Below are positions 9,742 through 18,888 of a stretch of DNA of 41,854 nucleotides, one piece after another. The position numbers and the translations under genes are program-made. The number at the start of each line of letters is the position of its first letter. Positions within the stretch are counted from its first letter, which is position 1. The notes under the pieces were generated by a model. That model was not told where the DNA came from. It made no database searches and saw only the letters and a program-made list of their open reading frames with translations. The DNA is from Alphaproteobacteria bacterium (GTDB lineage Bacteria > Pseudomonadota > Alphaproteobacteria > GCA-2731375), in NCBI GenBank assembly GCA_965225945.1, contig CBDDBZ010000009.1, forward strand, positions 1 through 41,854, in the 5' to 3' direction.

Positions 9742-10020
9742 GAGGAGAAGGCGCGGCAAGATTCGAGAGCTTGATGCACGCCATACCCGTCCGCGGCGCC
9801 TCGCGAAGACACGGCCCCATAAGGTCCCGGAAATGGTATACTGGCCCCCGAAAGCGCGCGGGCCGGCGGATCGCGGGCCAATTCACGTCACTTTGCCCTC
9901 GATGACGACATTTATCGGGCGATATATCCTTGGTCTTGAATATGCGGGAGTCCGCCAAATCCTTGAAAATCATTGCCGTTCCGACATCGCCCCGGCGGGG
10001 GGCGGTCTCGTTCTGCAAAA

Positions 10021-10050
10021 TTGACGTTTCTACGTACAAATATACATAAT
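10021..10050 (+). promoter_or_regulatory. Sigma70-like promoter candidate in an AT-rich patch
   Basis: TTGACG (10021-10026), 18-nt spacer, CATAAT (10045-10050) within a strongly AT-rich stretch of an otherwise GC-rich window. Confidence 0.45.
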
Positions 10051-10282
10051 ACCATATTTACAGTAATTTAATACCCACCCACGACACCGTCGCCGAGTGC
10101 GCCCCTGGTCCGAGGCATCGCTCCCGGATCGACGTCGCCCGTGCTCCGGCCGCCGAACGCGGCCCGACGTCGCGGCCGGCTCTCGAACCTCGCAACGCGG
10201 CCGCCCGACCTCTCGATTGCGAGTACCTCTTGCGCTTCACGCGGCAAGCCGTGCGGCCTTCTTTCTTCGACGCCTTGCCGGT

Positions 10283-10430
10283 CCCCGCCGTCGAGCCCAT
10301 GGTTGCCATGGTGCCCGGGCCGAGGCGGCTGTCAATGATCTCCGACCAGCTTCGCTGGCGTCCCCTGTGGGGCGTCATTGACAGCCGCCTCGGCCCGGGC
10401 GAAGCCTCCCCCATGGGCTCGACGGCGGGG
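10283..10430. repeat. 148-bp long inverted repeat with a branched apex
   Basis: Outer 20-bp stem 10283-10302/10411-10430, 10x10 internal loop, inner 26-bp stem 10313-10338/10375-10400. The 36-nt loop holds two mini-hairpins (ccagc-ttc-gctgg, cccc-tgt-gggg). Confidence 0.9.
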
Positions 10431-10532
10431 TGCGACGGATCTCGGGTCATGGGGTCGGGTGCCCTTATTCGTGAGTTTCCGATGCCCCGGATACTGGCAA
10501 GCGATGGTGCGTAAAGGTGCCTGACCTCTTTT

Positions 10533-10799
10533 TCCGAGGCCCTGGAGGTGCTGCGCGGATTGATCGACAAGATCACCGTCGAACCCACCGACGACGGCTA
10601 CGACGTCGAATTGGTTGGCGATATCGTGCAGATGCTGGAGGTGCCGGGCACGCCAGGTGGCAGTGTTCCGGAATTGTTCAAGTGTTCGGTAAAGGTGGTT
10701 GCGGGGGCAGGCAACCAGCGTTACTTGCAGCTCACTTTTTCGCGGATTCCAAGGCTTTCACCGGAGCAAGTCGGCGCGGCTACCCTTCCGATCGCCTGA
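10533..10799 (+). pseudogene. C-terminal remnant of a large serine recombinase/integrase
   Basis: SEALEVLRGLIDKITVEP...VELVGDI...SVKVVAGAGNQRYL resembles the C-terminus of alphaproteobacterial tRNA-targeting recombinases. No N-terminal catalytic domain is present. Confidence 0.7.
10696..10717. other. att-like site: 16-nt core equal to a tRNA-Met 3' end, with inverted-repeat arms
   Basis: tggttgcgggggcagg (10696-10711) is the reverse complement of cctgcccccgcaacca; arms tggttgc/gcaacca are inverted. Confidence 0.6.
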
Positions 10800-10824
10800 T
10801 GTACAGGGTACAAGCGAGGCATCG

Positions 10825-10844
10825 AAAGCCGCATGTCGGCTTTT
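10825..10844. terminator. Small terminator-like hairpin
   Basis: aaagccg-catgt-cggcttt(t), directly before the IS21 left end. Confidence 0.4.
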
Positions 10845-10961
10845 GCTGTGGAACGGCGTGCAAAGTTGACCCCTGTTGAGGGGTGATCGGCGTCCAAATT
10901 TGACCCCCTGAGCCTGGCTAGTCCAAGTCACCTCGTTTTTGGGCGGACGAGGTGGTGGGGG

Positions 10962-12473
10962 ATGTTGGTCGTGGAGACGATAGCGCGGATCCGGCGGGAG
11001 TATTTCGTCAAGGGGAAGCCGATCAAGGAGATCGTGCGGGACGTGAAGGTCTCGGGCAACACGGTGCGCAAGGTGATCCGTTCGCAGGCGACGGCGTTCA
11101 CCTACGACCGGCGGGTCCAGCCGATGCCGAAGCTGGGGCCGTGGACGGCCGAGCTGGAGCGGATGCTGGAGGCCAACGAGACCAAGTCGAAGCGGGAGCG
11201 GCTGACGCTGCTACGGATCTCCGAAGCCCTCGAGGGTCTGGGCTATGGCGGCGGCTACGACGCGGTGCGGCGCTACGCCAAGGCGTGGCGGTGGCGCCGT
11301 TCGGCATCGACGGCGCAGACCTATGTGCCGTTGGTGTTCTCGCCGGGCGAGGCCTATCAGTTCGACTGGAGCCACGAGTACGTGGTGCTGGCGGGGGTGA
11401 CGACCAAGGTCAAGGTCGCGCACGTCCGGCTGTGCCACAGCCGAATGTTCTTCGTCCGCGCTTATCCGCGCGAGAGCCAGGAGATGGTGTTCGACGCCCA
11501 CGACCGGGCATTCCGGCTGTTCCAGGGTGCCTGCCGGCGAGGCATCTACGACAACATGAAGACGGCGGTGCAGACCGTCCTCATCGGCAAGGAGCGCGCG
11601 TTCAACCGGCGCTTCGTGCAGATGTGTGGCCACTACCTGGTCGAACCGACAGCATGCACGCCGGGAGCGGGATGGGAGAAGGGGCAGGTCGAGAACCAGG
11701 TCGGGATCATCCGCGGTCGGTTCTTCACCCCGCGGCTGCGCTTCAAGACCTACGACGAACTCAACGCCTGGCTCTTGGACCAGTGCGTCGCCTACGCCCG
11801 GCGTCATCCCCACCCGGTGTTCAAGGACAGGACTGTCTGGCAGGTGTTCGAGGACGAGCGTCCGTCCCTGGTCGGCTATCGCGGGCCGTTCGACGGCTTC
11901 CACGCGGTCCCGGCGTCGGTGTCGAAGACCTGCCTGGTGCGCTTCGACAGCAACAAGTACAGCGTGGCGGCGCGCGCCGTCGGCCGTCCGGTCGAGGTCC
12001 ATGCCTACGCCGATCGCATCGTCATCCGCCAGGACGGCGAGATCGTCGCCGAGCATGCCCGGCGCTTCGGCCGCGACCAGACCGTCTATGACCCGTGGCA
12101 CTACGTGCCCGTGCTGGCGAGGAAGCCCGGTGCGCTTCGTAACGGCGCGCCGTTCAAGGACTGGGCGCTGCCCGGCGCCCTGGGTCGCGTGCGCGTCCGG
12201 CTCGCCGGCCACGACGACGGCGACAGGCAGATGGTCGAGATCCTCACCGCCGTGCTGGCGGATGGGCTGGCGGCGGTGGAGGCCGCCTGTGCCGAGGCGC
12301 TCGCTGGCGGCGTGTGCAGCGCCGACGTCGTGCTCAACATCCTCAATCGTCGGCGCCAGCCGTCCGAGACGGCGCCGATCCCGACGCCCGCGAACCTGCG
12401 TCTTCGCTTTGAGCCGGTGGCCGATTGCACCCGCTACGACCGCTTGAGGGGGGTCGGCCATGGAGCGCCATGA
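10962..12473 (+). CDS. istA: IS21 transposase IstA
   Basis: N-terminal [34 protein letters not shown] motifs, [14 protein letters not shown]. Confidence 0.95.
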   Translation: MLVVETIARIRREYFVKGKPIKEIVRDVKVSGNTVRKVIRSQATAFTYDRRVQPMPKLGPWTAELERMLEANETKSKRERLTLLRISEALEGLGYGGGYDAVRRYAKAWRWRRSASTAQTYVPLVFSPGEAYQFDWSHEYVVLAGVTTKVKVAHVRLCHSRMFFVRAYPRESQEMVFDAHDRAFRLFQGACRRGIYDNMKTAVQTVLIGKERAFNRRFVQMCGHYLVEPTACTPGAGWEKGQVENQVGIIRGRFFTPRLRFKTYDELNAWLLDQCVAYARRHPHPVFKDRTVWQVFEDERPSLVGYRGPFDGFHAVPASVSKTCLVRFDSNKYSVAARAVGRPVEVHAYADRIVIRQDGEIVAEHARRFGRDQTVYDPWHYVPVLARKPGALRNGAPFKDWALPGALGRVRVRLAGHDDGDRQMVEILTAVLADGLAAVEAACAEALAGGVCSADVVLNILNRRRQPSETAPIPTPANLRLRFEPVADCTRYDRLRGVGHGAP

Positions 12474-13188
12474 GGTCCTGGAGATGATGGCCGCACTCAA
12501 GCTCGCCGGCATGCGCGACGCGTTCGACGAGGTGCTCGCCGACGGCCTCAAGCGCCAGCATCCGATGCAGCGAATCATCGGCGAGCTGTTGAAGGCCGAG
12601 ATCGCCGACAAGCAGGCGCGATCCATCAAGTACCAGATGAGTGGCGCCAAGCTGCCGCTGGCCAAGGAGCTGGCCGACTTCGACTTCACCGACACCCCGG
12701 TCAACGAGCCGCTGGTCCGCGAGTTGGCGGTCGGCGGCTTCCTGGCCAACCAGCGCAACGCCGTGCTGATCGGCGGCACCGGCACCGGCAAGAGCCATCT
12801 CGCCGTCGCCATCGCGCGGGCCTGCATCCGCGATGGCGCCCGGGGCCGCTTCTTCAACGTCGTCGACCTGGTCAACCGGCTCGAGGCCGAAGCCCGCGCC
12901 GGCCGCCAGGGCCGGCTCGCCGATCAGCTGGCCCGGCGCGACCTCGTCATCCTCGACGAGCTCGGCTACCTGCCCTTCGCCCAAACCGGAGGCCAGCTGC
13001 TGTTCCACCTCGTCAGCCGGCTCTACGAGCGCACCTCGATCATCGTCACCACCAACCTGACCTTCGGCGAATGGCCGTCCGTCTTCGGCGACGCCAAGAT
13101 GACCACCGCGCTCCTCGATCGTCTGACGCACCACTGCGAGATCATCGAGACCGGAAACGACTCCTGGCGCTTCAAGAATCGGTCCTAA
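12460..13188 (+). CDS. istB: IS21 helper AAA+ ATPase IstB
   Basis: Walker A GGTGTGKS, Walker [26 protein letters not shown]. Confidence 0.96.
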   Translation: MERHEVLEMMAALKLAGMRDAFDEVLADGLKRQHPMQRIIGELLKAEIADKQARSIKYQMSGAKLPLAKELADFDFTDTPVNEPLVRELAVGGFLANQRNAVLIGGTGTGKSHLAVAIARACIRDGARGRFFNVVDLVNRLEAEARAGRQGRLADQLARRDLVILDELGYLPFAQTGGQLLFHLVSRLYERTSIIVTTNLTFGEWPSVFGDAKMTTALLDRLTHHCEIIETGNDSWRFKNRS

Positions 13189-13391
13189 AGGCAACCGATC
13201 CACCTGCCGCCCGGTCGCCCAGGTGGGCCCACAGGAACCTCCCACGCGCGGTCCGCCGCCAGCCGCGTGGTGGGCGCGTCGGCCCGCGCGCGGGCCCCTC
13301 CTATGGACTACCTGTACGACCTCCGCCGTGCATCCCCAAAGGGGTCAACATTGCACGCCGATAGGGGGTCAATGTTCAACGCCGATTGACA

Positions 13392-14437
13392 CTTGGGCTC
13401 GGCCGTGCCGTATCCTCGGCTTTGCGTTGGCGTTCGCCCTCGCTCAGGGGTCCGCCGCCGCCGGCGAGGATCGCGGCATCCTGACCATCCAGAACGAGAA
13501 CGACGTCTATAACGGCACCGGCGCCGACGGCGACTACACCAACGGTCTGCTGCTGTCCTACCTCTCGCCGTTGGTGAGTGAAAAGGATCATCCGGCCCGT
13601 TGGGTCGCCGACCGTCTGCCCTTCCTCACCAGCCGGCATCTCCGCTACGGCATAAGCCTCGGTCACAACATCTACACCCCCGAGAACACCTTCGCGCGCA
13701 CCCGCGTTACCACCGACCGGCCCTACGCGGGGTGGCTCTACCTCGGCTTCTCGCTGCTGAACTACGACGGCCCCGACGGCTCGAGCGACGACGGCACCCG
13801 GCTTTCGGGCGACCTCGGCATGATGCAGAGCCTGGTTCTGGACCTCGGAATGGTTGGCCCGCTGGCCCAGGGCGAGCGCGTGCAGAACGATTGGCACACC
13901 CTGTTCGGCTTCCCTCACGCCAACGGTTGGAACAACCAGCTCGGAAACGAGCCGGGCGTGAATCTGACCTACCAGCGCCTCTGGCGCCTGAGCTTTGCGG
14001 AGCATCTCGACTAAACCCTCGAATTCGACGTGATGCCCCGGCTCGGCGGCGCGCTCGGCAACGTCGCGACTTACGGCGCGGCGGGCGCGACGTTTCGCGT
14101 GGGCACGGGTCTCGATCGCGATTTCGGCCCGCCCCGCATTCGGCCCATCCTGACGGGCTCGGGATATTTCGCCGGCGGCCGGGGTCTCGACGGGTACGCC
14201 TTCGTCGGCGTCGAGGGGCGCGCCGTGATCCGAGACATCTTCCTGGACGGCAATAGCTTCGGCGGCGGCCATTCGCTCGAGAAGCACCACTTCGTCGGCG
14301 ACGTACAGGGCGGTGTGGTGCTCACCTGGGGCAATTTTCGGTTGAGCTACACTCGCGTCTACGTCTCGCCCCAGGCGCGTGGGAGTGAATCGCATCAGTT
14401 CGGCGCCGTCTCGCTCTCCTGGCGGATGGCCTTCTGA
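13392..14437 (+). pseudogene. lpxR: Lipid A deacylase LpxR-family outer-membrane protein, disrupted
   Basis: ENDVY...DYTNG, GHNIYTP, DRPYAGWLY, GW.NQL.NEPG, V.RDIFLDGN and terminal F. In-frame TAA at 14012-14014; start codon removed at the IS21 right end. Confidence 0.85.
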
Positions 14438-14454
14438 GGCGGCGCCGACCGAGG

Positions 14455-15468
14455 TCAGGATTCGTCGGGTCCGGAAGGCTCGGAATCGAGAAAGGCGCGC
14501 ACCAGATCGCGGGCGCCGACCGTCGGCGCCACGCGGCCGGCCGCGACCTCGGCCTCGACGCGGGCCCGCGCTTCCATCATGGCCGCATCGTCCGTCAGGC
14601 GCGAGATCAGCTCCGCCTCGACCTCGCGCCAGAGCCAGAAGCAGGCCTGATCCGCGCGGCGCTGGCGATGCGCGCCGGCCGCCTCGAGGCTGGCGCGATG
14701 ACGTTCGACGGCGTCGGCGACGGCCTCGATGCCGCGGCCCTCGAGCGCGGAGATCATCAGCGTCTCGGGGATCCAGGCGGGATGTTTGGCGCGCAGCAGG
14801 CCGAGCGCCGCGCGATAATCGGCGACGGCGTGGCGCGCCGCGCCCTCGAGCGCGCCATCGGCCTTGGTGACGACGACGATGTCGGCGAGCTCCGTCACGC
14901 CGCGCTTGATGCCCTGCAACTCGTCCCCGCCGCCGGGCGAGACCAGCAGCACGAAGCAATCGACCATCTCCTCGACCGCGAACTCCGACTGGCCGACGCC
15001 GACCGTTTCCACCAGCACGAAGTCGAAACCCGCCGCCTCCGCCAGCAGCATCGCTTCGCGGGTCCGCCTAGCCACCCCACCGAGAGATCCGGCGGCCGGC
15101 GTGGGCCGGATGAAAGCGTTCGGGTCACGCGCGAGTTCCGCCATCCGCGTCTTGTCACCGAGGATCGAGCCGCCGGTCCGGGCCGAACTCGGATCGATCG
15201 CCAGCACCGCGACCTTGCGCCCGAGCCCGGTCAGATGCCGGCCGAAGGCCTCGATGAAGGTCGACTTGCCGACGCCGGGCGCGCCCGAGATCCCGAGGCG
15301 CGGCGCGCCGCCGGTCCGCGCCATCACCCGTGCCAGCAGCTCCTCGGTCATCTCCCGGTGGTCGGCGCGGGTCGATTCGGCGAGCGTGATGGCCCGCGCG
15401 AGCGCCTGGCGGTCGCCCGCGACGAGGCGGCCGGCGAGTTCGGCGGGGGCATCCTTGGTATCGCTCAT
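14455..15468 (-). CDS. meaB: Methylmalonyl-CoA mutase-associated GTPase MeaB
   Basis: LARAITLAES, GAPGVGKST, DPSS..TGGSILGDKTRM, ETVGVGQSE, GDELQGIKRG. Confidence 0.95.
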   Translation of the reverse strand: MSDTKDAPAELAGRLVAGDRQALARAITLAESTRADHREMTEELLARVMARTGGAPRLGISGAPGVGKSTFIEAFGRHLTGLGRKVAVLAIDPSSARTGGSILGDKTRMAELARDPNAFIRPTPAAGSLGGVARRTREAMLLAEAAGFDFVLVETVGVGQSEFAVEEMVDCFVLLVSPGGGDELQGIKRGVTELADIVVVTKADGALEGAARHAVADYRAALGLLRAKHPAWIPETLMISALEGRGIEAVADAVERHRASLEAAGAHRQRRADQACFWLWREVEAELISRLTDDAAMMEARARVEAEVAAGRVAPTVGARDLVRAFLDSEPSGPDES

Positions 15469-15553
15469 GGAGGGCCAAGATATCGCAGCCCCGCCGCCGG
15501 CGCAGCGGAATTCCCCTATAATCGCCGAGCGGCAATGGCCGGGAGAGGACGCA

Positions 15554-16399
15554 ATGGCGACGACGGCGGCACCGAGCGGCGAGATCCATTACGACCTCCA
15601 CGACATGACGCCGCCCTGGCGCGAGGCGCCGGAGACTATCGTCTTTCATCACGGCGTCGGCACCACGGGCGGCATCTGGAGCGACTGGCTGCCGGTGCTG
15701 ACCGGACGCTTCCGGCTGCTGGCCTTCGACCTGCCGGGCTTCGGCCGCTCGCCCGCGCCGGGCGAGGGCTACCGCTGGACCCTGGAAGGCATGATGGCCG
15801 ACCTGATGGCCGTCGCCGACGCGGCCGGTATCGAACGTTTCCATTTGGTCGGCGAATCGGCGGGCGGCACGGTCGCGCTGCACACCGCCGTGAATTCGCC
15901 GGAGCGGCTGCTGAGCGTCACCGGCGTCTCCTGCGCCCACAGGGGCAACGCGATCCAGCGGGTGGCTGAGTGGTGGGACCAGATTTCGGGCGACGGCCTC
16001 GCCGCCTGGTCGGCCGAGATGATGCGGCTCCGCTTCCACGAGGGGGAGGTCGACGACGACGTCCTCGCCTGGTTCGAGGCGGCGCAGAGCGCGGGCGACG
16101 CCCGGGCCGTGCTCGGCATCGCGCGAATGCTGGTGGCTGCGGACCTCTCGGCGAAGCTCCCCGAAATCACCCTGCCGGTGCTGCTGCTGGCACCGGACGG
16201 CAGCCCCTTCGTCGCCCCGCCGATCACGGCCGAGATGCATTCGCTCGTGCCGGGGGCGGAGCTCGAGATCTTTGCCCACGCCCGCCACGGCCTCGCCTGC
16301 TCCCATGGCGAGGCCTGCGCCGAATGTCTATATGACTTCCTGACGCGCCGCGCCGAGGCGGCCCAGCGTCGCCTTCAATGCGAGGAACACACCCCATGA
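15554..16399 (+). CDS. Alpha/beta fold hydrolase
   Basis: HHGVG, DLPGFGRS, nucleophile GESAGG, C-terminal His (ARHG). Confidence 0.9.
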   Translation: MATTAAPSGEIHYDLHDMTPPWREAPETIVFHHGVGTTGGIWSDWLPVLTGRFRLLAFDLPGFGRSPAPGEGYRWTLEGMMADLMAVADAAGIERFHLVGESAGGTVALHTAVNSPERLLSVTGVSCAHRGNAIQRVAEWWDQISGDGLAAWSAEMMRLRFHEGEVDDDVLAWFEAAQSAGDARAVLGIARMLVAADLSAKLPEITLPVLLLAPDGSPFVAPPITAEMHSLVPGAELEIFAHARHGLACSHGEACAECLYDFLTRRAEAAQRRLQCEEHTP

Positions 16400-17031
16400 T
16401 CATCACCGGCATCAACCATCTGGCCTTCATCACCGACGACATGGAGAAGACTATCCGCTTCTACCGCGACCTCCTCGCCATGACGCTGGAGGCGGGGATC
16501 GGCCACGACGGCTATCGCCACTACTTCTTCCGCGCCGGCAACGCGCAGGTCGCCTTCTTCGAATACGACGGCGCGAGTCCGATGCAGCGCAAACCCCACG
16601 GCGCCATGACCAGCGCGCCGCTCGGCTTCGACCATGTCGCCTTCCAAGTGGAGAGCCGCGAGGACCTGTTCCGCCTGAAGGACAGGCTGGAGGCGGCGGA
16701 AGTCGAGGTCTCGGGCGCGGTCGACCACGGCACGATCTGGTCGATCTATTTCTACGACCCCAACAACATCCCGCTGGAGGCGAGCTGGACCCTGGTCGAC
16801 GTCGTGCGGCCGCCGGCGATGGCGGAGGATCAACCGATGGCGATCGTCGCCGAAGGGGCCGAGCCGCAGCCGGGCCAATGGCCGGAGCCGAAGGCCCCGA
16901 CGCCGGAGGCCGCCATGCTGGCGCATGCCGGCAACGGGCATCCGATGCGGGAAGCTTTGTTGCGCGAGGGACGCGGCCACCTGACCGCCGACGCCGAGGT
17001 CGTCCTCGGCCGGAGCCAGGCGGCGGAATAA
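16396..17031 (+). CDS. VOC/glyoxalase family protein
   Basis: GINHLAF...FYRDLL, FDHVAF, SIYFYDPNNIPLE; ATGA coupling with the upstream hydrolase. Confidence 0.9.
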   Translation: MIITGINHLAFITDDMEKTIRFYRDLLAMTLEAGIGHDGYRHYFFRAGNAQVAFFEYDGASPMQRKPHGAMTSAPLGFDHVAFQVESREDLFRLKDRLEAAEVEVSGAVDHGTIWSIYFYDPNNIPLEASWTLVDVVRPPAMAEDQPMAIVAEGAEPQPGQWPEPKAPTPEAAMLAHAGNGHPMREALLREGRGHLTADAEVVLGRSQAAE

Positions 17032-17034
17032 TCT

Positions 17035-17214
17035 TCAGTGAGCGGCGGTGGGCGTGACGCCGGCCTCGAGGGTGAACTGGCGACCACAATAGGGGCAGTC
17101 GATCTCCCGCCCGTCGCCCAGGTTCAGATAGACGGCGGGATGGCCCAACGCGCCGCCGCCCCCATCGCAGCGCACGACCGTCTGCGCGACCTCGACGATT
17201 TCCGGCGGCTCCAT
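17035..17214 (-). CDS. zf-CHCC zinc-finger protein (NDUFS6-like)
   Basis: V.CDGGGGALGHP.VYL......CPYCGRQF. Confidence 0.9.
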   Translation of the reverse strand: MEPPEIVEVAQTVVRCDGGGGALGHPAVYLNLGDGREIDCPYCGRQFTLEAGVTPTAAH

Positions 17215-17505
17215 CGCCCTCGCCCCGAACTCACCGCCGCGTCGATCGGCGCGGCAGCCGGATGATACGCAAACCCGCCCGACAATCAACCGCGCGATCC
17301 CGCCGCGCCAGGGCAATCGCGTGAACGCGATCACCCTGGATTCTTCTTGTTCCCTCAGACGCCGGGCGCGCCCATTCGGGCGCTCGGGCGCTGCTCGCAT
17401 AAGCTCGCGGGGCCTCAATGGCCCATTCGCGGCAATCGAGGCGGCATCAAGGCCGTGTCCGTCACTTCATGCGATTGCCCTGGCCGCCGCGCCGGCCGAG
17501 GCGGA

Positions 17506-18120
17506 TCAGCCCTCGGCGGTGGCGCGCTTGCGCCGTATGTAGTTGCCGATCTGGCTGAGCAGGAACAGCGGCGCGCCGATGCTGGCCGCCAGCAGGAACC
17601 ATTCGTGCAGACCCAGCCAGGTGACGGGCGCCACGACATACATGATGTCTTCCATCTCGAAGCCGAGCGCGTTGGGTTGCTCCACCGCGCCCGGCCCCCA
17701 GCGTTCCTTCACCCCGAAGCGCACCGTGAAGACCACGGCGATGGAGATCCCGGCGAGCAGCCCCAGCAAAACGCTCCATGCGCCGAAGCGGCCATCGGCC
17801 AGGCCCAGGCCGAGGAAGACGGTGACGTAAGTATTGCCGCTGGCGATGTGATCCAGGTGGTAGCCGAGCCGGCTGACCTTTCCCGTCGCCCGCGCGAGCT
17901 GGCCGTCCACATGGTCCAGGAACATCGCGCCGAGGAAGAACAGCGCACCGAGATCCGCTGCCGTCGCGCCCCGGGAATAGAGCCAGAGCGCGGTCCAGGC
18001 AAACGCCATGGTGCAGATGCTCACCAGGTTGGGATGCACGCCCAACGGGGCCAGAAGCCTCACCACCAAACCCGCCAGACGCTGATCCCAGAACGGTACT
18101 ATGCGGTACGCTCGCGCCAT
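17506..18120 (-). CDS. CDP-alcohol phosphatidyltransferase family protein
   Basis: HPN.VS and DHVDGQLAR...S.LG..LD signature; hydrophobic segments. Confidence 0.9.
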   Translation of the reverse strand: MARAYRIVPFWDQRLAGLVVRLLAPLGVHPNLVSICTMAFAWTALWLYSRGATAADLGALFFLGAMFLDHVDGQLARATGKVSRLGYHLDHIASGNTYVTVFLGLGLADGRFGAWSVLLGLLAGISIAVVFTVRFGVKERWGPGAVEQPNALGFEMEDIMYVVAPVTWLGLHEWFLLAASIGAPLFLLSQIGNYIRRKRATAEG

Positions 18121-18869
18121 CGGGGCGTCTCCTCCAACAAACCCTGGATCTCGCTCTCGGCGCGGCGAAGATCCTCGGGAAAATCGATCTCGATCCAGGG
18201 CAGACCGGTGATGTCCTCGTAGCCGAACGTGCCGGGCGGCGATTCCACGACCAGGTCGCGAATGGGCTGCTCATAGATAATCTCGGGCTCGCCGGCGTCA
18301 ACATAGCGCCAAACACGATTTGGCAAACCCCGCGCCGCGTCGGGCGAGAAGCGGGCGAAGCCGATCCATTCCCCCTGCCAATCGCCGGAATCCGTCGGTC
18401 GTTTGTGAAAATCGACGATTCTGTCGTCGCGGATGCAGAGCTTCACCGGATCGTCGCCCGGCTCGAGCCGGCGGTCCATCACGAAGCAACTGTCGAGCTC
18501 GGTGTCGACCAACCGCGCCATGATTCGATGATCGTAAAGCACGTCGCCGTCCATCAGCAGAACCGGCGCCTCGGCGCCCTCGAATTCGTCCGCCAAGGCC
18601 GCGAGCGTTTGGATCGCCCCCTCCGGGTAGCGCGGCGCGGGCACCGTGCGGACGAACCCTTGGGCGCCGAGCGAGACGATCTCGGCCTCGACATCGCCGG
18701 CCCGATGGCCGACGCCCAACACCAGCTCCGAGACGCCGAAATGCGACAACAGCTCGACATGGCGGGCCAGCAGGCTGCGGCCACCGAACTCCAGCAATAC
18801 CTTCGGTGGGGCGTTGCCGCCCCGCTGCAATCGCGCGCCGATCCCGGCGGCCAACATCACGGCCTTCAT
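18099..18869 (-). CDS. Phosphocholine cytidylyltransferase-like nucleotidyltransferase
   Basis: MKAVMLAAGIGARL...PKVLL, LMDGDVLY, WIEIDFPEDL. Confidence 0.88.
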   Translation of the reverse strand: MKAVMLAAGIGARLQRGGNAPPKVLLEFGGRSLLARHVELLSHFGVSELVLGVGHRAGDVEAEIVSLGAQGFVRTVPAPRYPEGAIQTLAALADEFEGAEAPVLLMDGDVLYDHRIMARLVDTELDSCFVMDRRLEPGDDPVKLCIRDDRIVDFHKRPTDSGDWQGEWIGFARFSPDAARGLPNRVWRYVDAGEPEIIYEQPIRDLVVESPPGTFGYEDITGLPWIEIDFPEDLRRAESEIQGLLEETPRWRERTA

Positions 18870-18888
18870 CGTATCGGGAACTCCGTTC

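Larger units (their letters stand above)
10847..13391 (+). mobile_element. IS21-family insertion sequence
   Basis: TGT...ACA ends; duplicated subterminal repeats ggcgt.caaa.ttgacccc (left) and ggggtcaa..tt..acgcc (right); overlapping istA/istB. No target duplication. Confidence 0.95.

Noticed and set aside
10696-10711. tRNA-Met gene
   Set aside because: Only the last 16 nt are present; no T-loop, anticodon arm or D arm.
11211-12875. Long antisense or alternate-frame ORFs here and elsewhere (e.g. 2930-4489, 8062-9582, 13376-14959, 25374-27092, 30457-31569)
   Set aside because: Shadow ORFs expected at high GC; they overlap well-supported genes and show no family motifs.
13223-13391. N-terminal extension of the LpxR ORF
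   Set aside because: It is read-through of the IS21 right end, not native gene sequence.
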